Below are positions 61,311 to 64,000 of a stretch of 64,000 nucleotides of DNA, in pieces; the stretch's first letter is position 1, and the number at the start of each line of letters is the position of its first letter. The DNA comes from Lama glama (Eukaryota). The position numbers and the translations under genes were made by a program. Where the stretch lies: NCBI GenBank assembly GCA_028534125.1, contig CM052816.1, positions 496,001 to 560,000 of the forward strand. The letters run 5' to 3'. Under the pieces are notes generated by a model. The model did not search any database. It was not told the DNA's origin and was given only the letters and a program-made list of their open reading frames with translations.

Positions 61311-64000
61311 CTTTTCATGTCCTGATGAGTAGACAGTTCAAAGTTCAAGCATCCCTGGGAGGCTGCAGGGTCTGAGGAAACCCAGTGAGACTCTGTGCCC
61401 CTGTATCACCTCTACAAATGTCGGACCCCTCAAATCCCTGTCTCCTGATATTGTCAGCTTCAAGTAACTAAATCAGGGAGTTCTCTGAGCACAGAGGAGC
61501 ACTTCTAAAGAAATCTATATGAGGTCTAAGTCACAACCAGTTCTCTGTGTGACAATAAACTTCCCCCAGTCTCCTGATCATCCTTCACTCACCAGGATCG
61601 CCCTTCCTTCTTTCAGATTTAGCAAAAAGATATGAGAAAATTGTGATGTTCTTGGGAAGAAAATAAAGAGACTTATCTGAGACCTCACATTCCATTTGTT
61701 CTCATTAGTATCAAACGTTCAGCTGCCTATTAATTCCAATTTTTTGAGCCAATGAAATAAAAGCACTTTCTAACAAGCATCACCTTTGCACATTCAGTTA
61801 CACAATAAGCCATGTTTGTTAACCTCCCAAATATGCTGAATATCTTTACCTCCATTTCCTTTTCTTCCCCTGATCTCTAGCAATAATTGCTTATGAATGC
61901 TCCAGCTCTGGCCCTTTGCTTCATTACAGTTCACCCACACCTCAACCAATGTGATTTTTCCTGTGTGCAGACACCCATTCCCTTGGTCAAAGGCTCCCGT
62001 GGCCCATGGGTAAAGCACAGATTCCCCTACATGGAAGCAACGTCTCGTATGACGTGGCCCAGCGAGTCCACCAACAATTCCACCATCCACTCGAGCTCCA
62101 GCAACGCCCAACAGCTAGAAGCCTCTCCAGGTGTCAAGTTCTCTCCCAACTGCTGGGCCTTTGCACAGGCTGTTTCCTCTGCCTGGAAAACCCTTCTCCA
62201 CTCCACTCCCCAGCCCTCACTCTCTGCCCTGATTACCCGCCCCCTTCAGATCTTAATTCAATACCTATCACTCTGCACAACCTCTTCTGCTCACAGCAGG
62301 CTGAGTCGTTGCTTCTAGCTCTCTCTCCAGGACTAAGGGCCCCTTCTGTACATCCCATGCCTTGCAACATGCTCACAATACATATCTGATTAGTGAGTTC
62401 ATTGGTAAACATGATGTGCAGAACCCGAGATTCCTACTATCCTTCAAATAAGCCTTTTCCAGGCCACCCTTCTGGGACTGCTGGGTTTCACACCAGTTTC
62501 AGAAGTCTCTAAAATGATCAGTTGTAATTTCACTGTCTTCATCTCCTTTGTGTAGATGAGGAAACCAAACCTAAAGGAGGCTCAGTGACTTACTCTGTGG
62601 TGTAGGTCTGACAACCGGCAGAATCAGGGCAGCAAACCAAGCTGTGTACTGGTTGATGGAGAGCTTGGCTTTGCAACAATTGACTCCAACAGAAGAGGAG
62701 AGCCTTGCTGCGGGACGTGATGGGACGAATAATTCAACTCCTTTCCGTCTTGACCTTGAGTAAGTTTTCTGGTTAATCTAGTAGCCCTTGACATTTCCTC
62801 ATCGGTAAAATGTGAGGAATAACATGTCTTGTCAATTTTTGCCAAAAATTAGGAAGCATAACTATGAAGAGTTGTTAATCATAAATGGAAAGTACTGAAT
62901 TGTTGTAATTTTGCTGCAATGAAACAAGCACTCAATTTGGTGAGACATCGATCACACCAAATTTTGCTTCATTTTACTTGCTATCATTAATTAATGTATT
63001 GCATTAATTGTACATATGATTAATATATTAGTTATATACACACATACACTCAATTTAAATTTATTCAGCCAAAATAAGTGGATTATTATGTTATATTTAT
63101 GCATATTATAAATTGGCACAATGTGGTAATTAGAATAAACCTGTACCCATACTAATTACTGCTAATGAGAACTTATTACACATATATAATATTTTACACA
63201 TACAGAATAATCTTGCAACTCCTCCTTATTCTGTCTTCCAAGTATGAGGTTTAATGGGGTGAGTGACTTGGCCCACGTCATAGAAACAGAGCTAGAGCTG
63301 AGACCTCCCAAGGTTTCTGCTTTAAATTCAGTGCCTTCTCAGCTGAATCATACATATAAAATAAGGGGGGTAATGTCTTGATTATTCTTCAACTCATTTT
63401 TTTGAACATCGGGATTTTGTAAGTAATTATGGTAACACCCAGTGCTAGATCTGAGAACCAGGTGACCACCTGTGAGCTGTGTGAAAGCTTCGTCCTGTGC
63501 AGAAAGCCTCTTGCAAAATGCATCGTCCAGTGCACGCTGCCCTGGTTTCCTGTCATGGGGTGGGAGGGTGGTTCTCTCTGTGTCTTCCTGCCTGGAAATA
63601 AAGGGGGTGTTCGTTTCAATGCTGTGACTGGCAAGATACATGAAACAGCTTTCGACTAATCCGCTGATCTTCTTTTATTTCAGCTAACTGGTGATTTCCC
63701 CAATTCTAAGCCCAACTGCATAGTAAGAAGTCTAGGACAAGGCTCCACCCCTGCGCCTGCAGGGTGGATGGCCCTGGCTCTCTCCACCAGGGACATCCTC
63801 ACGTGTCTGGGCTGGCCACGGTCAACGGTAAAGCTGAGGACTGGCTCCCGGGCAACCCCGCGGACCGTGGCTGATGTCAGACCCTCAAACGGCGATGAAT
63901 GGCAGCACAGTCCACCTGGATCCGAGCTCTCGCTGGTGCCTCAGAATTCCCAGGGTTCTGAGTTGTTCCTGAAGAGCTGGCCGGTAACACCTGTGAGCAA

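Noticed and set aside
63730..64000. CpG-richer stretch at the window end with TTCCCAGGG
   Set aside because: Truncated by the window edge, with no ORF or other supporting signal.

Overview
Mammalian genomic DNA, probably camelid, judged from a Vic-1-type tRNA-Ala-derived SINE. There are three 500-N placeholder gaps. The left end holds the complete four-exon RNF187 gene (235 aa). It has a CUG start in a perfect Kozak context, a GC-AG second intron, and a last exon that supplies only the stop codon. At about 9.3-9.6 kb is a wrecked histone H2A pseudogene whose promoter (octamer, CCAAT boxes, TATA) and 3' stem-loop still match consensus; this is the best candidate for something undescribed. The rest is a head-to-tail class II (OR2-like) olfactory receptor cluster: one truncated pseudogene at 22.6 kb and two intact genes at 40.3 and 60.4 kb, with two paralogous HD/O-E promoter cores. 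The cluster sits in dense LINE-1/LTR sequence that includes a segmental duplication, a 28S rRNA 3'-end retrocopy nested in L1 within L1, and an unidentified retroposed RNA. Repeat family names come from recalled consensus sequences, and boundaries without TSDs are approximate. No clearly new multi-gene system was found.
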